IMG/VR virus record: IMGVR_UViG_3300032053_012801
Direction: 5' to 3' (one strand)
DNA length: 64,000 nt
Source: a virus
The notes beneath the pieces were generated by a model. The model made no database searches and was not told the DNA's origin. It worked only from the letters and a program-made list of their open reading frames with translations. Made by a program: the position numbers and the translations under genes. Below are positions 24,615 through 32,941 of this stretch, piece after piece (position 1 is the first letter of the stretch; each line of letters begins with the position of its first letter).

Positions 24615-25031
24615 CTAACGACTCATAGACTTTGCTTGTTCTAAAGCTGCCCAGTACCCTTTATTACTTGATTGTAGTTTGCACAGTCTCTCAATGGCAC
24701 TGATAATCATGGCCTTATTGTCATTATTCAACATGCCTCTTCCGATCATAGCATAGCCGAAACCTTTCATCAAATCTTCACCTGTAGGCCCACTTTCATG
24801 TATTTCTAGAAGTTCCACATCAGTTGGGTCGCGATACTTAGTACCCTGAAAGAAACTTGGGTTCTTGTTAGTAGCTACCAAATCAAGATTTTCTTGTTTT
24901 CCTGCAACAGCAGTGTTATCCTTAAGTTCAAATGGTACGCCTTGCAACTTGACTAATGATCCTTTGTTTAGCATCAAGTCGTCTAAAGCGACTTTCAAAA
25001 ACTCCTTCTGAATTTTTGCAATATGTTTCAT
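24615..25031 (-). CDS. MKHLA-module paralogue D
   Basis: MKHIAKIQKEFLKVALDD..., with an AAGGA RBS. Confidence 0.45.
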   Translation of the reverse strand: MKHIAKIQKEFLKVALDDLMLNKGSLVKLQGVPFELKDNTAVAGKQENLDLVATNKNPSFFQGTKYRDPTDVELLEIHESGPTGEDLMKGFGYAMIGRGMLNNDNKAMIISAIERLCKLQSSNKGYWAALEQAKSMSR

Positions 25032-25034
25032 TAT

Positions 25035-25367
25035 TTATCCTTGCGGCATCTCTGTCTTGTTAATTAGTACAATATCTTTACTTACAAGATTTTCTTGTTC
25101 AAGTGTTACGCTTTGAAACCACGGAGCATCTAGTTTATACACTCGAGTTTTGCTATTATAAAAGACAGCCATACAATAGACAGTTTTTTCAGCACCGTAC
25201 TTTTCTTGATATTTGACTTTTAGAACTTTGTCAGACGTAGCTGAAGATTCAAGTTCCCAATCATTTTTTTCTACAGCAGTGTTTTGAGATATGATCTCTG
25301 GCACATTGTCAACGGGTTTGTTTTTTCTAGCACATATTTTAGCAATGAGTCGTTTGATAAAAAGCAT
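25035..25367 (-). CDS. hypothetical protein
   Basis: 110-aa ORF. Confidence 0.4.
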   Translation of the reverse strand: MLFIKRLIAKICARKNKPVDNVPEIISQNTAVEKNDWELESSATSDKVLKVKYQEKYGAEKTVYCMAVFYNSKTRVYKLDAPWFQSVTLEQENLVSKDIVLINKTEMPQG

Positions 25368-25421
25368 ATAGCCTCCAGTCTACTAATTGTGCTATTATAA
25401 AACAATTATTTTTCTTATGTT

Positions 25422-25802
25422 TTGATGGTGACTATAACTATGAAAGTTGACCCTTCTATTCCAGTGTTTAAGTTACCGTCACATGTCGTAGAAGGAATAG
25501 TGTTTTCAGAAAACGTCAAAAGCGATGTTATTATCAAGAAACAGTTTGCACAAAGACTGTCACGTAAGAAAAAGCAATTTGACTATCGTGAAATTGTCAG
25601 AAAGCGAGTGCAGATAATAAATGAAGATTTAGCAAACAAAGACATGAGGTATGAATTTGAAGTGAAAGATGATGACAATGATTTAGTGATAAGTTTGTTG
25701 GTCGACAAATTGACAATCTATAGCAGGAAAATTGATAGTAGCAATTTCGGAGAGATATTAGACAAGCTGTCAAATGGTTCGGGCTTTATATTTGATGACT
25801 AA
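25422..25802 (+). CDS. hypothetical protein (isolated plus-strand gene)
   Basis: 126-aa ORF convergent with its neighbours. Confidence 0.4.
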   Translation: MMVTITMKVDPSIPVFKLPSHVVEGIVFSENVKSDVIIKKQFAQRLSRKKKQFDYREIVRKRVQIINEDLANKDMRYEFEVKDDDNDLVISLLVDKLTIYSRKIDSSNFGEILDKLSNGSGFIFDD

Positions 25803-26012
25803 CTATTTACTTGACACGTCACCGAAATCCTCTGTAGCTGTTATCAACTCTGCAACGTATGCCGGCGTAACTGACACAGTACTTTCCACTTGACTTTTGT
25901 AGATGACTTTTTTATTCTTCCATATCTTTAATTCACCACCTTGCTCACTTTGCTGATAAGTCCATGCGTAAGGCAGTCCGTTTACAATTATATCACGGTG
26001 TTTTTTCTTCAT
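25803..26012 (-). CDS. hypothetical protein
   Basis: 69-aa ORF. Confidence 0.35.
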   Translation of the reverse strand: MKKKHRDIIVNGLPYAWTYQQSEQGGELKIWKNKKVIYKSQVESTVSVTPAYVAELITATEDFGDVSSK

Positions 26013-26017
26013 TTCTT

Positions 26018-26184
26018 CTCCTACTAATAATTTGGCGGAACTAATTTCAATTTCTGAAACTTCTTTTTGTTTTCTCTAATAAAAACACTACATACAACTT
26101 TAACTGGGTTAGAAAACACCTCTTTATTGCCGCACTTGACACGCCAATTGTAAATAGCACTTCTGCCTCTACCACCTCTTATAT
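26018..26184 (-). CDS. hypothetical small basic peptide (56 aa) directly downstream of the radical SAM gene
   Basis: A GGAGAG RBS lies ~7 nt before the ATG at 26184. It encodes MPSDIRGGRGRSAIYNWRVKCGNKEVFSNPVKVVCSVFIRENKKKFQKLKLVPPNY. Confidence 0.3.
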
Positions 26185-26194
26185 CTGATGGCAT

Positions 26195-27088
26195 TTATTT
26201 CTCTCCAACTGCTAGATTGAAATCACACTTGAAATCCATACAATACTTACTACAAATAGGATCATTTTTCGGTTCGTGTTTCTTATACCACTTCAATCGA
26301 TCTGTTTTAATGTCTCCTGACATTTCACCAATAGCATTACCCTTTTCTCTAGCATAAACTAAACAAGGATAATGTTTTGTACCTACTATAGAGATATCAC
26401 TCTTTGCAATCTCGCACTTGAAAGGTCTATCAATCCCTCGCATGTTTTTACCTTGTCTGAATCTTGTCACGCGATAATTCAAAATAGGATACTTTGAATA
26501 ATCGCAATCACTAAATACAGGCATGACTTCATCATGTGTTGAAATTGACAACTTTATGTCATGTACGCCAAGCCCAAGGACATACTGAATGATCTGTTCA
26601 ATTCTATCTCGATTGAGTGAGTCAATTACAATACCAACGTTGACATACGTCAATTTAGATAGCGCTTTGATGTTATCGATTACACGCTGAGGATTTTCAT
26701 AACCTCGATTAATCAGTATTTGAGTATCATAATCATCAAGTGATATCGAAAACATATCTACATGAAGACCTTTGTACAAATCTAATGATGCAGAACCATT
26801 TGTTGAAAGCCCTAACCTGATTTTGTGAGCCTTTATAAAACTGCATAAGTAGTACAAATAAATACTGGTTGTAGGTTCTCCGCCCGTCAATTGAATGTGG
26901 CGTAAAGAATTTCGTTCAGCGTAAATGAATTTGCGAACAGTTTCATAATCGATTTCTGATCTTAGTCTATTGCAATACTTACAATGAAAGTTGCATACTC
27001 CTGTTAAAGCAAGTTCACAGTACCAGAAACCATTTCCTGTATACTTTACTCGCTCTTCAGTGATCTCGCTAAATCCAGTATTCAACAT
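26195..27088 (-). CDS. radical SAM protein with C-terminal Cys cluster
   Basis: CNFHCKYC (CxxxCxxC), LTGGEPT and LSTNGS. The C-terminus adds Cys residues (CEIAK...C..YC..FKC), suggesting an auxiliary cluster. Confidence 0.65.
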   Translation of the reverse strand: MLNTGFSEITEERVKYTGNGFWYCELALTGVCNFHCKYCNRLRSEIDYETVRKFIYAERNSLRHIQLTGGEPTTSIYLYYLCSFIKAHKIRLGLSTNGSASLDLYKGLHVDMFSISLDDYDTQILINRGYENPQRVIDNIKALSKLTYVNVGIVIDSLNRDRIEQIIQYVLGLGVHDIKLSISTHDEVMPVFSDCDYSKYPILNYRVTRFRQGKNMRGIDRPFKCEIAKSDISIVGTKHYPCLVYAREKGNAIGEMSGDIKTDRLKWYKKHEPKNDPICSKYCMDFKCDFNLAVGEK

Positions 27089-27121
27089 ACTTGTGTTTTG
27101 ATGCGCAAAGTTTAGTTGATT

Positions 27122-27319
27122 TCATGTCATCTTCTGAAACTTTGAAATTGTGCCAGCCAGATCTTTCTTGACTTCTTCTATCTTTCCAAGAGCTGTAGCA
27201 GTACTTTGAAGAATTACAAAGTGTTTGCCGGCCATGTCTTTGTTGCCAGCATCAACTGCCGTTGTGAAATACTTGATGACTCTGGTCAAAGCACTTTTAC
27301 GCCGAGACTCCTTGCTCAT
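27122..27319 (-). CDS. hypothetical protein
   Basis: 65-aa ORF between RtcB and the radical SAM gene. Confidence 0.35.
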   Translation of the reverse strand: MSKESRRKSALTRVIKYFTTAVDAGNKDMAGKHFVILQSTATALGKIEEVKKDLAGTISKFQKMT

Positions 27320-27331
27320 TTTTTCCTCCAG

Positions 27332-28495
27332 TTATGCTTTTATGACAGCTAATGGTGAAAGTTCTACTACAATATCCACCAAATCTTTTTGATTGTCCAT
27401 AACAACACTTATGTCTTTGTAAGCACCGGCAGCTTCATCTAAGTCAGCTTTATTTCGAATGGCATGAATGATGCCTTGATCATCAAGTAGTTTCTTTTCG
27501 GCATCTAAATTCAATTCTCTTTGTGCTTGTTTCCGTCCCATTTTTCTACCAGCACCGTGCGAGCATGACATGAATGAATCTTCATTACCTTTGCCACGTA
27601 CTACATAGCTTTTTGTACCTTGAGAACCGGGTATCAATCCGATTTGATCTTTTCTGGCTGATGTCGCACCTTTTCTGTGAACAATGACATCTTCACCAAA
27701 ATGATGTTCCCAAGCTGCATAATTGTGATGAATGTTGATTGTTTCATCAAACGTAATTCCTGAAATATCAAAAGATTGTTTTATTGTGTCAATCATTCGA
27801 AATCTGTTCTCTTTTGCAAACTCAAGTGCAAACTTCATGACATCAAAGTATTCATGTGCTTCTTTTGTTTCCATTGGAAGAAACGAAAGGTCTTTGTCGG
27901 GTATACTCGAATACCATTTCTCGCATAGCCATTGTGCTTTCTTATGATATTCATTGGCTATTTTCAAGCCAAAATTCCGAGAACCAGAATGTAGCATGAC
28001 CCAAACAAAACCATCTGATCCCTTTTGAATCTCAATGAAGTGATTGCCACCTCCTAGCGTACCAAGCTGAGTCTGTGCTGTACTCAATTGCTGTTGAATA
28101 ATTGCTACATTAGGTGCTCGATCAAACCCTTCCCACGATATTTTCTCTTTGTGATGTTCGAATCCTACAGGGACTGCTTCACGAATCCTTCCCATTGTCT
28201 TTTTCAATTCATCTTTGTCAATTGATTGCAATGACGTCTTAACTGCACACATGCCGCAACCAATGTCAACACCAACAGCATTTGGAACTATGACGCCTTT
28301 GGTTGCCATAACGCCGCCAATTGGCATCCCGTAGCCAACGTGCCCGTCAGGAGACAAAGAAATATGACTAAATACAAAAGGTAATATTGCCAAATTCTCT
28401 ACTTGTTTAACCATTGCATCATCAGCATAATAGCTACTTTCGTTCATCCAGACTTTTACTGGCACACGAAATTGATCTTTTTTATATGAAAACAT
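27332..28495 (-). CDS. rtcB: RtcB-family RNA-splicing ligase (3'-phosphate/5'-OH RNA ligase)
   Basis: PDGHVGYG, DIGCGMC, GGGNHF, HNYAAWEHH, HRKGATSA and SHGAGR: the full set of RtcB metal- and GTP-binding motifs. Confidence 0.9.
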   Translation of the reverse strand: MFSYKKDQFRVPVKVWMNESSYYADDAMVKQVENLAILPFVFSHISLSPDGHVGYGMPIGGVMATKGVIVPNAVGVDIGCGMCAVKTSLQSIDKDELKKTMGRIREAVPVGFEHHKEKISWEGFDRAPNVAIIQQQLSTAQTQLGTLGGGNHFIEIQKGSDGFVWVMLHSGSRNFGLKIANEYHKKAQWLCEKWYSSIPDKDLSFLPMETKEAHEYFDVMKFALEFAKENRFRMIDTIKQSFDISGITFDETINIHHNYAAWEHHFGEDVIVHRKGATSARKDQIGLIPGSQGTKSYVVRGKGNEDSFMSCSHGAGRKMGRKQAQRELNLDAEKKLLDDQGIIHAIRNKADLDEAAGAYKDISVVMDNQKDLVDIVVELSPLAVIKA

Positions 28496-29368
28496 TCATT
28501 TCTCACTTTCTAAAAACATTATCATTTTGTCTGTCACACTTTTAATGTCATTTTTAATTTCATCTTCCCAAAAATACAGAAACTTATAACCCTTACTTTC
28601 TAAATAACGCGCTCTTTCTAAATCTTTTAGTCGTTTTACTTCATCATTTGATGAATTATGATATTTTGGATTCTTGTGCCAATAATCACCATAGCACTCT
28701 ATTATTAGCCTCTTATACACTAAAAAGTCAACATTGTATTTACCAATTTGAGTGTTCCTCTTATAGTCATCAACTTCTTTTAATCCAAGAAATAGCAAAA
28801 CTGAATTAATAGTTTCTTCTATTGAAGTTTTTGAATGTTTAGCTGTGCCCGCGCAAATCCAATTTATTAAAATCTGCCATCTTTTCTCATTACTGTAATT
28901 TTTCCAATTTTCAACATGTGACTGACTCATAAGTTGTAATGAGTCAGTTGAATGCGTCTTATTAAAGAAACTGTTATTTTCTCCCGAGCAATCATAATGA
29001 TTCTTCTTCATTTGCTCGCGAGCTTTTAACGAATGCTTTTTATTATAAAAATTGTTACGTTCTCCTAATTGAACGCATGACTTACACAATCCTGACGCTT
29101 TTGGGCCCGGCCTCCTCTTCAACTGCTTGCCACAATCTAGACAAAAGCTTTTTACTAATTTTCGTCCTATCCATCGTCCATTCTTTTCGTCTTTACAAGC
29201 ATAAGAATTTAGAACGTCATCATCAGCAATCTTAGTTACACCATGCTTTTTCTTGTACTCTCTAACACTCAATCCACAACATGACTGTAAATGTCTATAA
29301 ACTATTGCCCTAACCACTTTATTACATTCAAGACAAATCACGACTTGTTCCAACAAGAATAGAGTCAA
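28496..29368 (-). CDS. DUF559/Vsr-like endonuclease-domain protein with N-terminal zinc fingers (homing-endonuclease-like)
   Basis: Several Cx2C pairs, then ...IIECYGDYWHKNPKY...RYLESKGYKFLYFWEDEI (ExDGxxWH core). Confidence 0.5.
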   Translation of the reverse strand: MTLFLLEQVVICLECNKVVRAIVYRHLQSCCGLSVREYKKKHGVTKIADDDVLNSYACKDEKNGRWIGRKLVKSFCLDCGKQLKRRPGPKASGLCKSCVQLGERNNFYNKKHSLKAREQMKKNHYDCSGENNSFFNKTHSTDSLQLMSQSHVENWKNYSNEKRWQILINWICAGTAKHSKTSIEETINSVLLFLGLKEVDDYKRNTQIGKYNVDFLVYKRLIIECYGDYWHKNPKYHNSSNDEVKRLKDLERARYLESKGYKFLYFWEDEIKNDIKSVTDKMIMFLESEK

Positions 29369-29525
29369 GAATTGGTATTTGAATTCCTATAGTAACCTTA
29401 TCATATTCTACTGTAGCGATCTTACCTTTTCGAGTAATTTTTACCACTTTGTATCCGGGCAACGTTACTTTAGTAAGCAACGCTACAGCACCCTGATCAG
29501 GGTCTATATTGTAAACTGCTTTCAC
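29328..29525 (-). CDS. hypothetical protein
   Basis: 65-aa ORF overlapping the upstream gene's end. Confidence 0.25.
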   Translation of the reverse strand: MKAVYNIDPDQGAVALLTKVTLPGYKVVKITRKGKIATVEYDKVTIGIQIPILDSILVGTSRDLS

Positions 29526-29537
29526 GCCTTCATCTCC

Positions 29538-29972
29538 TTATACATTTTTGAGTCCAACTAGAGCAGGATCAGGAATTGGTATGTTAATTCCTATTGGCCG
29601 CCACAAATGTAAACAATGAGGATGTTGGTTTACATATAGACTTTTGGGAGGATGAAATTGAAAAACTGCATCTTCTTGATCCCAAAATAGATCTTTGACT
29701 TCACTCATTTCAATCCAATTTGGACATCGATTCTTCAATGACACTGAAACGTGCTCCCAACCATAACCGTCACTAGCTATAGCAAACACTGTCATGCAGT
29801 TTGTAGTTGGCACAAAAAATGCGCCATTGTTACCATCCGAGTCTTCGCTCGTATATGGATGATTTTGCTTTCGAAATCTATACAGATTTGGTACGTGAAA
29901 CATGCTTTGTCCAAGTATTGAAATTACAAGTCTTGTATAGAAAAAGAATAATATCGACGACTTCTTTGTCAT
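29538..29972 (-). CDS. hypothetical protein
   Basis: 144-aa ORF. Confidence 0.35.
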   Translation of the reverse strand: MTKKSSILFFFYTRLVISILGQSMFHVPNLYRFRKQNHPYTSEDSDGNNGAFFVPTTNCMTVFAIASDGYGWEHVSVSLKNRCPNWIEMSEVKDLFWDQEDAVFQFHPPKSLYVNQHPHCLHLWRPIGINIPIPDPALVGLKNV

Positions 29973-30549
29973 CTCCGTACTTTGTATACAGCATGCTTTT
30001 CAAATCCGGTTGTTCAATTTTATCAGATCCGTCTTTGATTTCTGTTTTTCTGTTGTTAAAAGCATCCACAAAATCACAAATAGATATGATTGTTGAAATT
30101 TCCAAAACTTTTTTGATAGTTGACGGTGACCAATTCTCAGGAAAAGCATTTCGATCTAAACCGTAACCTGCTTTGTAAAGATTATGATGCAAACCTGCAC
30201 AAAGAGCCGTGAACATGTGCAGCTTCTTGAGAGCCTTGTAGCCTGCTTGGGCATGAGTTTTTACATTATCGTATTCTACTGCATCTATGTTATGTCCGTC
30301 AAATAACTGAGCTGGCAGTAAAAGTTTGCCGGCATCATGTAGAAGACCTGCAAAAAAGGCAGCTTTTGCATCTTTTCGCAGTTTCTTTGCTGTTGCTTCT
30401 GCAAGCAGTGCTACTCTTTCCAAATGATCTTTTGTAGAAACATGATTCACATCACACATGGCCAGAATTAAACGAGCAGTGTGTGCAAGATCGCCTTTTG
30501 GATTGTACGCTCGAATTTTTGATTCGATTAGAGTAGATCGCTTCATCAA
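29878..30549 (-). CDS. HD-domain phosphohydrolase
   Basis: ...AGLLHDAGK... and HHN..YKAGYG: the HD motif. Confidence 0.55.
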   Translation of the reverse strand: MMKRSTLIESKIRAYNPKGDLAHTARLILAMCDVNHVSTKDHLERVALLAEATAKKLRKDAKAAFFAGLLHDAGKLLLPAQLFDGHNIDAVEYDNVKTHAQAGYKALKKLHMFTALCAGLHHNLYKAGYGLDRNAFPENWSPSTIKKVLEISTIISICDFVDAFNNRKTEIKDGSDKIEQPDLKSMLYTKYGDDKEVVDIILFLYKTCNFNTWTKHVSRTKSV

Positions 30550-31067
30550 AATTCCTTTGGATCAAAACTCAAACAATCTCTTTTAATACGATTTAGCTTT
30601 TTTGAGCAATAAGGAAATTCTATGTCATTAAATTCTTTGACCATAACAGCATTGTGACAATTTTGACATCGTTCTAATGACATCATTTGAAATCGTGTAT
30701 CACAATCTTCTGCTTCACGAAAAGCACGACAAGCATCAGGAAACAATTCAACTTTCAGTTCGCACTGAATATCAGTTCTGCCAATTTCTAAATCAATCAT
30801 TTCATAATGCTCACAGCTAGTACAACGGTCTATTGCAGCATTTCGACCGTCATGATCTACTGCATACATGAGATAGTCAGTCTTACCCTGGTCAGATTCT
30901 AGATATTGCTGCGCGTCTATACCAATGTCTTTTAGATGTTGGTACGACCTTTCAATAAACTTCCGTTCATTGTCAATAATCCAGTCAGGAGTCTCTGGCA
31001 TCTTAAGAAACTCATTCAGACGATGCACTCGACTAATTAGTTGTGCTTTTAGTTGTGCTGGCGTCAT
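30546..31067 (-). CDS. hypothetical Cys-rich protein
   Basis: 173-aa ORF. Confidence 0.4.
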   Translation of the reverse strand: MTPAQLKAQLISRVHRLNEFLKMPETPDWIIDNERKFIERSYQHLKDIGIDAQQYLESDQGKTDYLMYAVDHDGRNAAIDRCTSCEHYEMIDLEIGRTDIQCELKVELFPDACRAFREAEDCDTRFQMMSLERCQNCHNAVMVKEFNDIEFPYCSKKLNRIKRDCLSFDPKEF

Positions 31068-31239
31068 TATCTACACCTTTCAAAAATTCTGTATAACATC
31101 GCGCAGAACAGCATCTGTGATTTGCTGGTATGTCTCCGTATACACGCGTCGATTCTTTGACATTGAATGATTTACTGCAGACTCTACAGCTTATGTTTTT
31201 AGCCATAGTATAATAGTCAATTAGAATAGCTATGAAAAA

Positions 31240-31311
31240 TGCCTCGAGCCAGATTTGAACTGGCGATAACGGTTTTAGAGACCGTCACTTTGACCGCTAA
31301 GTTATCGAGGC
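31240..31311 (-). tRNA. suppressor tRNA (anticodon CTA, reads UAG amber)
   Basis: Reverse complement reads GCCTCGA-TA-ACTT-AGCGGTCA-AAGT-G-ACGGT-CTCTAAA-ACCGT-TATC-GCCAG-TTCAAAT-CTGGC-TCGAGGC-A. This is a clean class I cloverleaf with anticodon 5'-CUA-3' at positions 34-36. Confidence 0.75.
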
Positions 31312-31318
31312 ATTTCCA

Positions 31319-31702
31319 TCATGCAAGCGGTAGAGATTTGAAAATCTCACCAGTGTCATAACAAGCTACAGCTGTTGGTCTATTGTCTTGATCTGGTTCA
31401 ATAAATGTCGCAGACAATTTATTTTGCAAACACAAAAGACTTGACCAATGTTCGATTCCACTTGCAAAGCGGACACTCAAAAATATCAAATGCCCATTAT
31501 TCCACTGGCGAAATACCTCAGGATATCTCAATGCGAATTGCGCTAATGCATGAGTACCTTGCACACATCTGTATGTCTCGGCAAGATCACTACGCACAAG
31601 CACATACATCTTTGGCTTGTCCATGTTGGATCTCCCGGATAAATTGTTGAACAATGTCCATGTTCGGCTCATTACCTTCGCGAGGCTTTTCAATACGCTC
31701 AT
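31319..31702 (-). CDS. hypothetical protein
   Basis: 127-aa ORF. Confidence 0.4.
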   Translation of the reverse strand: MSVLKSLAKVMSRTWTLFNNLSGRSNMDKPKMYVLVRSDLAETYRCVQGTHALAQFALRYPEVFRQWNNGHLIFLSVRFASGIEHWSSLLCLQNKLSATFIEPDQDNRPTAVACYDTGEIFKSLPLA

Positions 31703-31883
31703 ACGGCGTTCCTCTCAGAATACAATACGCAATATGTTTGAGCCGAATATGACTTTTCATTATGTGCAATTGACATTGCTTTAATGCGCTTGCAGCATCA
31801 TGAGGTTTTGAAAGTTCGACTTTAGTCTGTCGAATCTCGAGGGCTTTAGTCTTGAGTTCATTCTTAAGAATTGTCAAATCCAT
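31590..31883 (-). CDS. hypothetical protein
   Basis: 97-aa ORF overlapping the downstream gene. Confidence 0.3.
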   Translation of the reverse strand: MDLTILKNELKTKALEIRQTKVELSKPHDAASALKQCQLHIMKSHIRLKHIAYCILRGTPYERIEKPREGNEPNMDIVQQFIREIQHGQAKDVCACA

Positions 31884-32023
31884 GATATACTCCTAGTTTA
31901 TTGTTGTTTGTTGACAGACAATTAACGTAGAAGTATATCAGGCGGTGCTCGTATGTGCACCTATGTGAAGCCGATAATCTACAACATAGCTACATCCTTA
32001 TTGAAAAACTTCATGATTCCATG

Positions 32024-32323
32024 CTAAGCAGGACAACCCTGTTGTTGTTCGATGACATCCGGTTCAGTCTTTGCTGCTTCTACGTGAGGTGCATCGATAA
32101 CTGTATTTACAGCAGCGACAAGTGCCTCTTCAACCGGTTTGAGCACTTCAACACAGTTTGATGCTGCCGGACTGCAACGCAGACACATTGAGTTCGCGCA
32201 CTTTTCTGTATGCTCGTGCTCAGCTGCATGATCGCATGCAATAATCATCTTGTCATTTTTGTTTTTACCGGCCGTAGCTGTCTTGAGAATTCCACATGTC
32301 TTCACGTTCTCACAGATAACCAT
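32024..32323 (-). CDS. hypothetical Cys-rich protein
   Basis: 99-aa ORF. Confidence 0.35.
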   Translation of the reverse strand: MVICENVKTCGILKTATAGKNKNDKMIIACDHAAEHEHTEKCANSMCLRCSPAASNCVEVLKPVEEALVAAVNTVIDAPHVEAAKTEPDVIEQQQGCPA

Positions 32324-32393
32324 TTCATTTTCTCCTTACATAGAATGATAGAAAATTCCAATATACGATTAATCATGCCAATTGTCAATGAAA

Positions 32394-32466
32394 AGCCGCC
32401 AAGAGGATTTGAACCTCCGACCTACTGCTTACGAAGCAGTTGCTCTACCAACTGAGCTATAGCGGC
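32394..32466 (-). tRNA. tRNA-Thr (anticodon CGT)
   Basis: Reverse complement reads GCCGCTA-TA-GCTC..GAGC-A-ACTGC-TTCGTAA-GCAGT-AGGTC-GGAGG-TTCAAAT-CCTCT-TGGCGGC-T. Confidence 0.8.
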
Positions 32467-32473
32467 ACTTATA

Positions 32474-32548
32474 TGGAGACGACAGGGAGATTTGAACTCC
32501 CGATAACAGTTTTGCAGACTGCTGCCTTACCAGCTTGGCTATGCCGTC
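32474..32548 (-). tRNA. tRNA-Cys (anticodon GCA), U73, CCA encoded
   Basis: Reverse complement reads GACGGCA-TA-GCCA..GGC-A-GCAGT-CTGCAAA-ACTGT-TATC-GGGAG-TTCAAAT-CTCCC-TGTCGTC-T-CCA. Confidence 0.85.
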
Positions 32549-32551
32549 ACA

Positions 32552-32941
32552 TTAATTGTGCAAAAACAATTTCACGAATTCCTTTGGTGGTACAATACCA
32601 TGTCGATGAGCACTTACATCAATTAACGTGACTGTATGTTGCTCGTCTACGTGGTGTCCTGCGAATGAGTTTGCACCGTAGAATTCAAAAAATGCCACGA
32701 CCTTCTCGTACCGCTGTGCCCTAAAAATCTTTGAGAGTTCGTCTCCATATTTATGTTTGACGAGTTCGTCTGCTTTACTGAGCCACGGCTGGTCAGTACC
32801 GAGCAGTCTTGTTCTACTACCGAATTTCCAGAAGCCTTTTTTTGGATGCCACTCCGCTCGAATATTCGAGCCATCAAGTTTGTCGAACGCATACGCTTGA
32901 ACCGATCGTATATCATGTGAAATTGACGGATACTGTTTCAT
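32552..32941 (-). CDS. RNA ligase-like nucleotidyltransferase N-terminal domain (second Rnl paralogue, short, possibly truncated)
   Basis: AFDKLDGSNIRAEWHPKKGFWKFGSR: KxDG motif I in the same context as ORF 1547..2173. At 129 aa it ends at the tRNA-Cys boundary. Confidence 0.4.
   Translation of the reverse strand: MKQYPSISHDIRSVQAYAFDKLDGSNIRAEWHPKKGFWKFGSRTRLLGTDQPWLSKADELVKHKYGDELSKIFRAQRYEKVVAFFEFYGANSFAGHHVDEQHTVTLIDVSAHRHGIVPPKEFVKLFLHN

Noticed and set aside
32210-32631. Plus-strand ORFs 32210..32455 and 32440..32631
   Set aside because: They overlap tRNA-Thr(CGT) and tRNA-Cys on the opposite strand and lie antisense to a minus-strand gene. No RBS.
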